Part shown: piece by piece, positions 49,314 to 58,142 of the stretch
Layout: every line of letters begins with the position of its first letter
Position numbering within the stretch: the first letter of the stretch is position 1
Assembly (NCBI GenBank): GCA_943787745.1
Contig: CALSNJ010000004.1
Coordinates: 84,983-148,982, forward strand
Direction: 5' to 3'
Length of the DNA stretch: 64,000 nt
DNA from: an uncultured Alphaproteobacteria bacterium
GTDB lineage: Bacteria > Pseudomonadota > Alphaproteobacteria > UBA6615
Notes under the pieces: model-generated
What the model was told of the DNA's origin: nothing
The model's database searches: none
What the model saw: the letters and a program-made list of their open reading frames with translations, nothing else
Translations under genes and position numbers: made by a program

Positions 49314-49917
49314 CTACCGCTTGCCGCGGATCATCGCCCAGATCGCCCGGAAAAACAGGCTGATCCCGGAAATGCTGTTGTCATTCTGAACGTTGGACGG
49401 GGCCGGAGCTGGTTCTTCGGCCGCCGGACTGTCAGCCGCTGCTGCAGCAGCTGGCACAGCAGTATCCACGCCGATCTCGGTTTCAAGATTGTTCGCAAAA
49501 TCCGTGATGATCTGGCCCGCAATCGCATCAATCAGGCCCGACGCCCGACCGTACTGCGCAATAGAGCCGGTCAGGTTCAACTCGGTGGTGATATCGACCC
49601 GGGTCTGCCCGCCATCCTCGGTCATTTTGAAGACCACGTCGGCATCGGCTGAACCGCGCCCTTTGCTGTCATTGCCCTTGGCGTGCACCGTCGCGCTGCG
49701 ATTGGCTTCGTCGATGGTCGTGATTTCGGCCTCGCCCGAAAACGTCAGGCTCACCGGCCCAACGCGCAACTTGGCGTTGCCCTTTGTATTTATGTTCGCC
49801 AATAACTTCGGTGAGTTCGGCACCGGGCATGCAAGGCGCGATTCGCGGCACATCGAGGAGCACCTTCCACGCCGTGTCGGGGTCAGCCGGGACGATAAAA
49901 CTGTTGTTGAGCTGCAT
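49314..49917 (-). pseudogene. CoxG/SRPBCC accessory gene split by a one-base insertion (pseudogene or sequence error)
   Basis: Frame 1: MQLNNSFIVPA...IAPCMPGAEL...HKYKG; frame 2 continues GNAKLRVGPVSLTFSGEA...LTGSIAQYGR; junction is the CCC run at 49780-49782. Confidence 0.85.
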
Positions 49918-50026
49918 TCGACAATCCGCCCCGCGTAAAACTCTGAATCACAGGCATCCGCCCGCTTTGGTGAAGGGGGACCATAATTTTCATATAATGG
50001 AATCGCAACCGGCCAAGGGCAAAAAA

Positions 50027-50848
50027 CTACAGGCCGTCATCCTGCCCGTGGACGTGATAGCCAATCTCGCGGGACGGAGCGCGCCCGGCACTGTCGACAC
50101 CCGTGGGCAACCACGCACAAACATTGGCGCCCGGCGACCAGATGGTCTCGCACGGCCCCGGCACGAAGAATTCCACAAAGACAAATTTTTCATCAGACTG
50201 ATTGATGAAAGCGTGGGGCTCGTGCTCGTAATTGTAGAGCAGGTCACCCGCTTCGAGCACATGCCCGGTGCCGTCGAGTAACGCTGTGCCACGACCGGAA
50301 ATCACGTACTGAAAATGCTCCGCACCCACATGATGATGCTCGGGTGCTGATGCACCCGGCGGGTAGGAAATCATCTCGCCCTTGAAGGCATGGGTCCCGG
50401 CCAGCGCCGGTGTCGCCATGTATATGCGGCTGCGCGCGTCATGCTCGGATTCCAGAACCGGCTCCCGGGTCCAGTCGACCTGCCGCAGTTCGTTGGGCAT
50501 CTCTGCAATGTCGGGATCAAAGCGTGCAGCGTCGGGCACACGCGCCAGCAGCAGATCGGTTTTCTCGTCACCCGCGGTAAACACGCCAGCAAAACCAAGC
50601 GGCAAATAAGAGATCATGTCTGGCGTGGTGTCTTGTTCGGCCAACACACCGCCACCCGAGAGCACCTGCACCCAGCCAACCATGTCCGGATCGAGCGCGA
50701 GATCGTAAGCAGCGCCCGGGGCAATCGTAACTTTGTCGAGGCTGATCTGGTCGTTGCCGATAACATCGGGCGTCAGCAACGCAGAGACCTGAAAACCATT
50801 CTCCGGCTCCAGGGCTGCAATCTCTTTTCCACTCACAATGACCGGCAT
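50027..50848 (-). CDS. Two-domain cupin protein, first gene of the cox-like operon
   Basis: C-terminal cupin motif PEHHHVGAEHFQYVISGRG ... EPHAF; N-terminal cupin-like half lacks His ligands. Confidence 0.75.
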   Translation of the reverse strand: MPVIVSGKEIAALEPENGFQVSALLTPDVIGNDQISLDKVTIAPGAAYDLALDPDMVGWVQVLSGGGVLAEQDTTPDMISYLPLGFAGVFTAGDEKTDLLLARVPDAARFDPDIAEMPNELRQVDWTREPVLESEHDARSRIYMATPALAGTHAFKGEMISYPPGASAPEHHHVGAEHFQYVISGRGTALLDGTGHVLEAGDLLYNYEHEPHAFINQSDEKFVFVEFFVPGPCETIWSPGANVCAWLPTGVDSAGRAPSREIGYHVHGQDDGL

Positions 50849-50974
50849 GTTGTAATCCCTTCAAATTCAATCGTGCAAAACCTAGTCAGCCCAATGCGAC
50901 TCCGCCAGAGGTTTTGCTGCAATCGGAAATCGATCGTTTCACAAGTCAACTCTCTCCGGATCGAATTGCGCAGA

Positions 50975-51463
50975 TTATAGACAAGAACCCAGCCGCACCT
51001 CCGCTTCCGCCCGAACGAGCTGTTCTCGTTCATCAAACTGTACAGCCACAAACTGATGATTGAGACAAACCAAAGAACTCCATGTTCTCTGGTAGATCAT
51101 TCCGCCACTCTCGAAAATACCGCCGCGAAACGATTGGGTACCATTCATAAACTGCGGAGCCAAACCCTGCTCGGGCCCATTGTGAAATGACTCCATGGTG
51201 TTGTGAACCCACCGCTCAAACCCCCCGGCACTGAGTGTGGCCAACACATCTGTCTTCTCCATCCCGACCTCGAACGGCCCGGGAATCAAGGAAACCCTTT
51301 CGCCAAACGGTCGGCCCAAAATCAATGGCTCAATGTGCCGACCGACTGGACCGGCCTCAATGTAGCGGTGGACAGACCACGCAGTCGTGAGCAAGACCAC
51401 GAGACCGAGATAGGTCGCACCCACGGCCATGAAGCAAACGACTAGAATTTTGAGAATTCGCAC
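50975..51463 (-). CDS. Hypothetical membrane-anchored protein
   Basis: GTG start; basic N-terminus then one long hydrophobic segment; no family recognised; start uncertain. Confidence 0.5.
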   Translation of the reverse strand: MRILKILVVCFMAVGATYLGLVVLLTTAWSVHRYIEAGPVGRHIEPLILGRPFGERVSLIPGPFEVGMEKTDVLATLSAGGFERWVHNTMESFHNGPEQGLAPQFMNGTQSFRGGIFESGGMIYQRTWSSLVCLNHQFVAVQFDEREQLVRAEAEVRLGSCL

Positions 51464-51545
51464 GCGAAACCCCTGCCTGATATCCGAATACAGCGTGAAT
51501 GGAATTCGGCACGGAAGCAAATCCGGCTGGGTCTATTGAAATCGT

Positions 51546-51632
51546 TGGTGCCCCCGGGGAGACTTGAACTCCCACTCCCTTGCGAGAAACAGATTTTGAG
51601 TCTGCCGCGTCTACCAATTCCGCCACAGGGGC
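51546..51632 (-). tRNA. tRNA-Leu(CAA)
   Basis: GCCCCTGTGGCGGAATTGGTAGACGCG-GCAGA-CTCAAAA-TCTGT...GTTCAAGTC...GGGGGCACCA; long variable arm; encoded CCA. Confidence 0.97.
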
Positions 51633-51783
51633 ACCGGATTGCGTGAACACTCCATAGTTCCGGCAATGGGCCAGCGTCAACCATCGAGGGAGGATAAAAT
51701 TCTCAACCTGTGATCCGTGTCACTTCGGTCTCGCCCGATTGCGCCTATTTCAGGTCTATCGACAATCCGTGGAGCGCAGAACA

Positions 51784-52017
51784 ATGCGAACGCAACTGAG
51801 TGTCCTGACTTCTTTGATGGCCCTTTGGCTGGCCGTGATCGCTCTGATGGCACTGGCGCCGGAAGCTGCGGGCATGCGTGTGGCCAATGCAGACTCCAAG
51901 CACCCCACTGCCGAAAACATGCCCGCTCCGCAATCCTTCAGCCACACCGGACTTTGGGTCGCCGAAATCAGCGCTGACGGAACCGCCGTGTTCGTACGGG
52001 ACATCCGGCCGCGATAG
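51784..52017 (+). CDS. Small hypothetical exported/membrane protein
   Basis: GGAG upstream; hydrophobic N-terminus LMALWLAVIALMALAP. Confidence 0.5.
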   Translation: MRTQLSVLTSLMALWLAVIALMALAPEAAGMRVANADSKHPTAENMPAPQSFSHTGLWVAEISADGTAVFVRDIRPR

Positions 52018-52134
52018 AGTTTTCAATACAGACAAGATGGACAGTCCGAAATTGGACTGTTACAGGGCGACATCAACGCGGCGCTGAATACTTTGAAAGT
52101 GCTGTAAACCTCTCGCCCGGGACATCACACAAGT

Positions 52135-52716
52135 ATGTTACGCGCCCTTTATGACTGGACCATGCAGCTGGGTGCTTCGCGCCACGCGGTCTGGGCGCTT
52201 GTGCTGATCGCCTTTATCGAGAGTTCGTTTTTTCCGATCCCGGTCGATCTGCTGCTGATCCCGATGGTCCTTGCGGCCCGGGAACGCGCGTGGCGCCTGG
52301 CCACAATCTGCACGCTCGCCTCGGTGGCGGGGGGCTATTTTGGATACTTCATCGGGTTCAGCCTGTTTGAAACTGTCGGGCGACCGATCATCGATTTCTA
52401 CGGGTTCCAGGAGACTTTCGCGCGCTTCACAGAGCGTTACAACGAGATGGGTGCCTGGATCGTCGCAGTCTTCGGAGTTACGCCCTTCCCCTACAAAGTG
52501 GTGACAATTGCCAGCGGCGTCACCCAGCTGGATCCGCTTGTCTTCGGGATCGCCTCGCTGGGTTCACGCGGCATCCGGTTCTTCCTCGTGGCGGCGCTGA
52601 TCTGGTATTTCGGGCCGCCGATCCGACTGTTCATCGAGAAATATCTCGGCTGGCTCGTGCTCGCCTTTGTGGTGCTTCTGATCGGCGGTTTCGTTTTGAT
52701 CAAATACGCCTTCTAG
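52135..52716 (+). CDS. YqaA/DedA family membrane protein
   Basis: MLRALYDW, AFIESSFFPIPVD, TPFPYKVVTIASG. Confidence 0.92.
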   Translation: MLRALYDWTMQLGASRHAVWALVLIAFIESSFFPIPVDLLLIPMVLAARERAWRLATICTLASVAGGYFGYFIGFSLFETVGRPIIDFYGFQETFARFTERYNEMGAWIVAVFGVTPFPYKVVTIASGVTQLDPLVFGIASLGSRGIRFFLVAALIWYFGPPIRLFIEKYLGWLVLAFVVLLIGGFVLIKYAF

Positions 52717-52748
52717 CGTCCGCGCTGCGAAGACCCTATATCCAGTCC

Positions 52749-53282
52749 ATGGTTCTGCAACGCCTCGCCATCGCGCTTCGCGAACAGCCCCGCCTCTTTC
52801 CCGCCATCACATTTTTGGCGAGCGGGTCCATGCTGGCCATTGCCTGGGGCTTCCAGCTGATCGGCGGCTTGCAGCCTTGCACGCTTTGCCTCTACCAGCG
52901 CTGGCCGCACTGGGTCGTCCTCGGGTTATCGGTTCTCACGATTGTGGTCGCTCGCCGTCTGAGCCTGCGCGGGCTGGCCGTGTTCGCAATCCTTTGTGGC
53001 CTGACATTTCTCACCGGCGCCGGGATTGCCGGTTTTCATGTCGGCGTCGAACACGGGTGGTGGGAAGGTCTGGCGGCATGTGGCGGCGGCGGACTGGGCG
53101 ACCCGAACATGTCGCTCGACGAACTCAGGGAAAGAATGTTTTCCACCCCGGTCGTCCGCTGCGACGACGTGGCATGGTCTCTGTTCGGAATCTCCATGGC
53201 AGGATGGAACTTCCTCGCCTCCCTTGGGTTTGCTGTCGCAGCCACCGGGGCGGCATGCATGTTCTGGCGGAAAACGGCATGA
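52749..53282 (+). CDS. dsbB: Disulfide bond formation protein B family
   Basis: LQPCTLCLYQRWPH, HVGVEHGWW, RCDDVAWSLFGISMAGWN. Confidence 0.88.
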   Translation: MVLQRLAIALREQPRLFPAITFLASGSMLAIAWGFQLIGGLQPCTLCLYQRWPHWVVLGLSVLTIVVARRLSLRGLAVFAILCGLTFLTGAGIAGFHVGVEHGWWEGLAACGGGGLGDPNMSLDELRERMFSTPVVRCDDVAWSLFGISMAGWNFLASLGFAVAATGAACMFWRKTA

Positions 53283-53854
53283 CCGAAGAGAAGTCGAAAC
53301 ACCCCAAGCGCACCGGCGACAACCGGCTGCCGGGAGATCCCGATCGGGAGACGCTGATCAAGCGCATGATCCGGGTCGATCACGCCGGTGAATATGGTGC
53401 CGCGCGGATCTATGAAGGTCAGCTCGCCGTGCTGGGCAAACAACCTGTCGGCGACACGATCCGGCACATGGCCGAACAGGAACAAAAACATCTCGACGCT
53501 TTCGAACGCCTCATCGTCGAACGCCGGGTTCGCCCGACGGTTCTCACGCCTGTTTGGCACGCGGCGGGATTTGCGCTTGGCGCAGCCAGTGCTGCGCTGG
53601 GCGAGCGCGCCGCCATGGCCTGCACGGTCGCCGTTGAAGAGGTCATCGAGGAACATTACGCGCACCAGGCCGAACAGCTGGGCGATGATGAAAGTGAATT
53701 GCGCGAGATGATCGAGGAATTCCGCGCGGAAGAACTCGAGCACAAGGATACCGGCCTCGAACACGACGCCGAATCTGCGCCGGGTTACCGATTGCTCTCC
53801 GAAGCCGTCAAAGCCGGCTCCCGCGCGGCGATCTGGTTGTCGACGCGCTACTAG
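53279..53854 (+). CDS. coq7: Demethoxyubiquinone hydroxylase Coq7
   Basis: RVDHAGEYGA.RIY.GQ, EQKH, AMACTVAVEEVIEEHY, EELEH; ATGA overlap with dsbB. Confidence 0.93.
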   Translation: MTEEKSKHPKRTGDNRLPGDPDRETLIKRMIRVDHAGEYGAARIYEGQLAVLGKQPVGDTIRHMAEQEQKHLDAFERLIVERRVRPTVLTPVWHAAGFALGAASAALGERAAMACTVAVEEVIEEHYAHQAEQLGDDESELREMIEEFRAEELEHKDTGLEHDAESAPGYRLLSEAVKAGSRAAIWLSTRY

Positions 53855-53860
53855 ACGGCC

Positions 53861-54421
53861 TTAAGCGTCCAATTCTGAATCCCAGTAAAGGTAATCGCTC
53901 CAGCTTTCATGGAGAAAGTTCGGTGGGAAGGCGCGGCCATTTTCGATCAACTCATAGGTTGTTGGCTGGCGCGGCACGTTGAGCAGATGCATTCCGGCCT
54001 CTTGCGGCGTCTTGTTTGCCTTCCGCAGGTTCCAGTCACTCGACGACGTCACCACATTTTCCCAGCTGGTTCGGCCGCCACGTGAACGCGGGAGCACATG
54101 GTCAAATGTCAGTTCATGTGCGGGCAGGCGCTGGCCACTGTATTGGCAGGTAAACCGGTCACGCAGAAACACATTGAAACGCGTGAAGGCCGGGCGTTCG
54201 GCTGGCTTAATGTACTCCTTCAGGGACACCACGCTGGGCAGGGCGAGCTCGAGTGTCGGAGAGCGGATCACGCGGTCATATTCGGCAACCGTGTTGACCC
54301 GGCCCATAAGAGTGGCTTTCACCGCCTCCTGCCAGGGCCAGAGCGATAGTGGAAAATAGCTCAGCGGACGAAAATCCGCGTTCAGAACCAATGCCGGACA
54401 TTTTTCCAGCGCGACGTCCAT
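53861..54421 (-). CDS. HNH endonuclease family protein (zinc-ribbon cysteines mostly lost)
   Basis: LVLNADFRPLSY, FTRFNVFLRD, LTFDHVLPRSRGG..WENVV, NLRK, FLHESW.DYLYWD. Confidence 0.92.
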   Translation of the reverse strand: MDVALEKCPALVLNADFRPLSYFPLSLWPWQEAVKATLMGRVNTVAEYDRVIRSPTLELALPSVVSLKEYIKPAERPAFTRFNVFLRDRFTCQYSGQRLPAHELTFDHVLPRSRGGRTSWENVVTSSSDWNLRKANKTPQEAGMHLLNVPRQPTTYELIENGRAFPPNFLHESWSDYLYWDSELDA

Positions 54422-54554
54422 TCTTGCCCTCCCGGGTTCAATCGCGGAACGCTCGTCTCCGCGAATTCTAGGAACGTACTCGATTCACTTCAAAATAATT
54501 TTTGCGCCAGTTTCATATATTTTCTTTTTATCACAACCACTTGAAACAATTCAG

Positions 54555-55226
54555 TCACTTTTCCGGCGGGCCTTCAAACACGCGCTTCAACAATGCCATC
54601 GCAAATCCCAAGCCTTCATTGTCAATGCCGTGACCAAGCCCGGGTCGGGTCATTGCCGAGACCGGCACCCCAACACCATTGAGAGCCGCCTCGGCTTGTG
54701 CAAGCGATGAATAGGGCACGATGTCGTCCGCGTCCCCATGCACGAGCAGGACCGGCGGCTTGACCGTGATCTCCGCGGCCAGAGCCTCAGGCGCGGCCAG
54801 CGATCCCGAGAACCCGAGCAAGGCAGCGGGGCAAGTCTTTCGGCGCAGGCCCACATGAAGCGCCATCCGGCAGCCCTGACTAAACCCAAAGATCGCGAGG
54901 TTCTCGTTCTCCAGACCAAGGCGATCCAGATGGTGATCAAGGAAGTCATCGATTGCCGGAGCTGCCGCGCGGACGCCGGCGGCCATGTATTCGGGATCAC
55001 GGTTCGATGAATCAAACCACTGCAGGGCAGAGGGATAACCATCGAGAGTCAGTGGCGCGTCCGGGCTCAAAAAGGCCGCATCCGGGAATTGTTCGGCAAG
55101 GATGGGCGCCAAGCCAATCAGGTCATCGCCATTGGCACCGCGACCATGCAAAAAGACCACGAGTTGTTTGGCTGCATTCCCCGAAGCAGGGTCACGGCTC
55201 GGGCCGGTCAGAAGTTTGTCGGTCAT
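54555..55226 (-). CDS. Phospholipase/carboxylesterase (abhydrolase_2)
   Basis: FLHGRGANG, GFSQG, VHGDADDIVP, GHGID. Confidence 0.9.
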   Translation of the reverse strand: MTDKLLTGPSRDPASGNAAKQLVVFLHGRGANGDDLIGLAPILAEQFPDAAFLSPDAPLTLDGYPSALQWFDSSNRDPEYMAAGVRAAAPAIDDFLDHHLDRLGLENENLAIFGFSQGCRMALHVGLRRKTCPAALLGFSGSLAAPEALAAEITVKPPVLLVHGDADDIVPYSSLAQAEAALNGVGVPVSAMTRPGLGHGIDNEGLGFAMALLKRVFEGPPEK

Positions 55227-55252
55227 GGTCTTTATCTCTCGCACCAAAATTG

Positions 55253-55867
55253 TCAGATCGCTTCGATATGATAGGCGTGCCAGAGCAAACGCGCAGCCGC
55301 ACTTCGCCATGGTCGCCAGATTTCAGATTCCTTTCGCAGCTCTCCCGGCGTCCAGCGTGTGCCATCTCCCAGATGACGGCCAGCGGAAGCCACCAGCGCC
55401 AGATCATCGGCGGGCATCACATCGGTCCGACCAAGCGCAAACAGCAAATAACACTCGGCACTCCACCGCCCGATGCCTTTGAGCACGACCAGCGTGTCGA
55501 TCGCCGCTTCATCTTCCATCCGCCGGAGTTTGTTCAGATCCAGCGCACCGCTGACGACCGCTTCGGCCAGACCGCGCCCATAGACGATCTTCTGGCGACT
55601 AAGCCCCAGCGCGCGGAGCGCATCATCATCCATCGCGACAAAAGCCATCGGGTCCTTTGCAACGCCAGCAATCTCCATACGCTTCCAGATCGCCGCGGCA
55701 GCATGGGTCGACAATTGCTGACCAACGATCACCCGCAACAGAGTCGCAAACCCCGGTGGCCGCGCGCGTGGGCCGGGTGTGCCCGCTTGTTTCCAGAGAT
55801 CGGCCATACGGGGATCGAGTTTTCCCAGTTCGGTCAGTCCTGCCTCTAGCCGTTTGGTTGTTTTCAT
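55253..55867 (-). CDS. DNA-3-methyladenine glycosylase II (AlkA/HhH-GPD family)
   Basis: IVGQQLS, GLSRQK, LKGIGRWSAE, PADDL, WRPWRS. Confidence 0.9.
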   Translation of the reverse strand: MKTTKRLEAGLTELGKLDPRMADLWKQAGTPGPRARPPGFATLLRVIVGQQLSTHAAAAIWKRMEIAGVAKDPMAFVAMDDDALRALGLSRQKIVYGRGLAEAVVSGALDLNKLRRMEDEAAIDTLVVLKGIGRWSAECYLLFALGRTDVMPADDLALVASAGRHLGDGTRWTPGELRKESEIWRPWRSAAARLLWHAYHIEAI

Positions 55868-55930
55868 CGCATCATCGCCCCGTTCATACGGGCGCAATTG
55901 TGCGCCTTTCGTCGAAAACAGGGAACTCCC

Positions 55931-56839
55931 ATGAACGCAGCGGCCACCCCCGCCCCAAAATTTGCAACCCGGTTTGCGCCTTCACCCAGTGGACTCCTCC
56001 ATCTCGGGCACGCCTATTCCGCGCTCTTTGCCTATCGGCTCGCGCAGGCCGCTGAGGGGCGTTTCGTGCTGCGTATCGAGGACATCGACCTTGGGCGATG
56101 CAAACCCGAATTCGAGGATGCGATCATTGAAGACCTCGCCTGGCTCGGGCTGGAATGGGAACAGCCGGTATTGCGTCAGTCCGAACGTCTGGACATCTAC
56201 GCAAACGCGCTGAAAACCCTCGAACAGTTGGGGATACTTTATCCCTGCTTTTGCACCCGATCGGACATCGCCGCGGAAATCGCCAATGCGGGTGCCGCGC
56301 CTCATCTGAACCATCATGGACCGGATGGCCCCGTCTATCCGGGCATTTGCAAACACTTGTCCGAAACCGAGCGCGCGCAGCGTATTGCCGCTGGTGAGCC
56401 CCACGCGCTTCGTCTGGACATGGAAGGCGCCATGAAGAAAGCCGGACCGCTGACCTGGCACGACCGTACACGGGGCGAACAAATCGCCGAGCCGGATATC
56501 TTTGGGGACATCGTGCTGGCGCGAAAGGATGTCGCAACCAGCTATCATCTCGCCGTCACCGTGGACGACGCCGCTCAGGGTGTCACGCTGGTCACACGGG
56601 GGGACGACCTGCTTCCCGCGACCCATATTCATCGCCTGTTGCAAGCCTTGCTCGATCTGGATGTGCCGGAATGGCACCACACCGTCCTGCTGACCAACAA
56701 CAAAGGAGGTCGGCTGGCCAAGCGGGACAAGGCGTTTACGCTGCGTGCCATGCGTGAAGCGGGAACGGATCCGGAAGATTTGTGGGCGATGTCGATTCGT
56801 CAGATCGCGCGACAAGCCACAGCAACCGATGGGATCTAG
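55931..56839 (+). CDS. gluQ: tRNA glutamyl-Q(34) synthetase GluQRS
   Basis: TRFAPSPSGLLHLGH, LRIEDID, YPCFCTR, SYHLAVTVDD, RLAKR; lacks an anticodon-binding domain. Confidence 0.92.
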   Translation: MNAAATPAPKFATRFAPSPSGLLHLGHAYSALFAYRLAQAAEGRFVLRIEDIDLGRCKPEFEDAIIEDLAWLGLEWEQPVLRQSERLDIYANALKTLEQLGILYPCFCTRSDIAAEIANAGAAPHLNHHGPDGPVYPGICKHLSETERAQRIAAGEPHALRLDMEGAMKKAGPLTWHDRTRGEQIAEPDIFGDIVLARKDVATSYHLAVTVDDAAQGVTLVTRGDDLLPATHIHRLLQALLDLDVPEWHHTVLLTNNKGGRLAKRDKAFTLRAMREAGTDPEDLWAMSIRQIARQATATDGI

Positions 56840-56845
56840 GTGCAA

Positions 56846-57697
56846 CTAACTCCAGCTGCGCATTCCGTGCGCCAGTTTGGCGTAGTCTGGCCGATCGGGC
56901 TCAATCAGACCGTGGCGGATGCCAAAATCGATCAACACCAGATTGACGTTGAACTTGAACTCTTCGGTTTCATCGACAACGCGCAATGCCTGACGCGCAG
57001 GCCAGCGTACAAAACCGCTAATTTCTCCGTCCGTATTTTCGGGTGTGAAACTGTCGGGTAGCTTCAAGTCATAAACGAACAGCATATCCCGACGCAGGCC
57101 ATTTCTGGCGTTCATCATATAAGTAATAACCCCCACGGGCTGCGCCAGCCTTGCCAGATCTTCGGGCACCGAGGCCTCTTCGGCCGCTTCCTTCACAACA
57201 TTGTCCATGAGGCTCAGACCAACCGGCAAACCGCCGGCCACCATATTGTCGAGTTTGCCTGGCGCGACCTCACGATTATTGGAGCGAACTCCAATCCAGA
57301 GTTCGGGCCCATCCACCGTGTCCACATATCCATTGATATGGACCCCATATGACGTCACGCCGAAGGACTGCAACCACGCCCGGTCCATACGCAACAAACT
57401 GGGCGAACCAAAGCTCTCCATCACCGGGCAGAGTTCCTTGCGGTTCCGCGGCAGGGCCTGATGGACAACCAATGCGGCCCCCGCCTCAGCAAGTGCCTTT
57501 GATCGTGCCTCGACGTCCTTCAGCCCGTCGCGAAAAGAAACTGAATCCCCTTCGACCTTGAAGTATTCGTGCCATCGGGCCATGCGCTCGGCAATATCGT
57601 CTGACACCCAGCCCACCTGCGCACCCGCAATAAAAAATGGGCGGCGGCCATCCATCTCATGGGTGTTGCACGCAACAATGTGGTCATAGAGCGCCAT
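56846..57697 (-). CDS. DUF4743/NUDIX hydrolase family protein
   Basis: YGVHINGY, PGKLDNMVAGG, KEAAEEAS (Nudix-like), DGEI, FKFNVNLV.IDF. Confidence 0.87.
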   Translation of the reverse strand: MALYDHIVACNTHEMDGRRPFFIAGAQVGWVSDDIAERMARWHEYFKVEGDSVSFRDGLKDVEARSKALAEAGAALVVHQALPRNRKELCPVMESFGSPSLLRMDRAWLQSFGVTSYGVHINGYVDTVDGPELWIGVRSNNREVAPGKLDNMVAGGLPVGLSLMDNVVKEAAEEASVPEDLARLAQPVGVITYMMNARNGLRRDMLFVYDLKLPDSFTPENTDGEISGFVRWPARQALRVVDETEEFKFNVNLVLIDFGIRHGLIEPDRPDYAKLAHGMRSWS

Positions 57698-57712
57698 CAG
57701 ACCTGTCCGCCT

Positions 57713-58021
57713 CTATGCGAATTCCGAAAAGCGCTTTTCCGAGAACAGCACCTGAGAGACGCCGAACATGCAACGCATGGCTGCGGCGATCTGTGTGGCC
57801 TGCCCATGATCCAGCTCTGACGTTTCGATATCGATATAGACATCACATCCACCCGGTCCCGCGCGACCACCGTGCCAGCGGTCCGGCACCAATCCGCGTT
57901 TGGCCCAGAGTTCCATGATTCGCGGCATGAGTCCCGGATCAGCCGCTCCCGTGACGGAAAAGCATTGGACTGGCTGCTGTCTTCGAGAGGAACTATTTTG
58001 AGAGGCATTCTGTAAGGTCAT
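57713..58021 (-). CDS. Small stand-alone ACT-like protein (IlvM-like)
   Basis: CFSVTGAADPGLMPRIMELWAKRGLVP ... MFGVSQV fits an ACT beta-alpha-beta-beta-alpha-beta pattern; fold is my inference. Confidence 0.65.
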   Translation of the reverse strand: MTLQNASQNSSSRRQQPVQCFSVTGAADPGLMPRIMELWAKRGLVPDRWHGGRAGPGGCDVYIDIETSELDHGQATQIAAAMRCMFGVSQVLFSEKRFSEFA

Positions 58022-58133
58022 GATGAACGGTATCCATTGGTATTGGCAGTGTGAAAGCACGCGTTCCCGGTCGCCGTCCCGTAAGTCGGGTGTGCGCCGG
58101 GCTGCCAATAAGGAGAAGAATCATTCCGTTCAT
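57993..58133 (-). other. Candidate leader ORF (MNGMILLLIG..., 46 aa) within a long 5' UTR hairpin; possible attenuator
   Basis: ATT CTT CTC CTT ATT codon run; arms 58023-58030/58126-58133 and 58041-58049/58102-58110 are exactly complementary. Confidence 0.5.
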
Positions 58134-58142
58134 AACGTCGCG

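Noticed and set aside
54422-54554. LexA (GTTC-N7-GTTC/GAAC-N7-GAAC) box in the AT-rich region upstream of the HNH gene
   Set aside because: GAAC/GTTC tetramers are present but not at the required spacing.
53861-55867. HNH plus glycosylase as a defence or mobile module
   Set aside because: alkA-esterase-HNH next to gluQ is an ordinary alphaproteobacterial arrangement; no methylase, repeats or mobility genes.
57697-58008. Alternative 103-aa frame suggesting a frameshift in the ACT-like gene
   Set aside because: The 57713-58021 frame gives a complete ACT-like domain with its own stop; the other frame has no motif.
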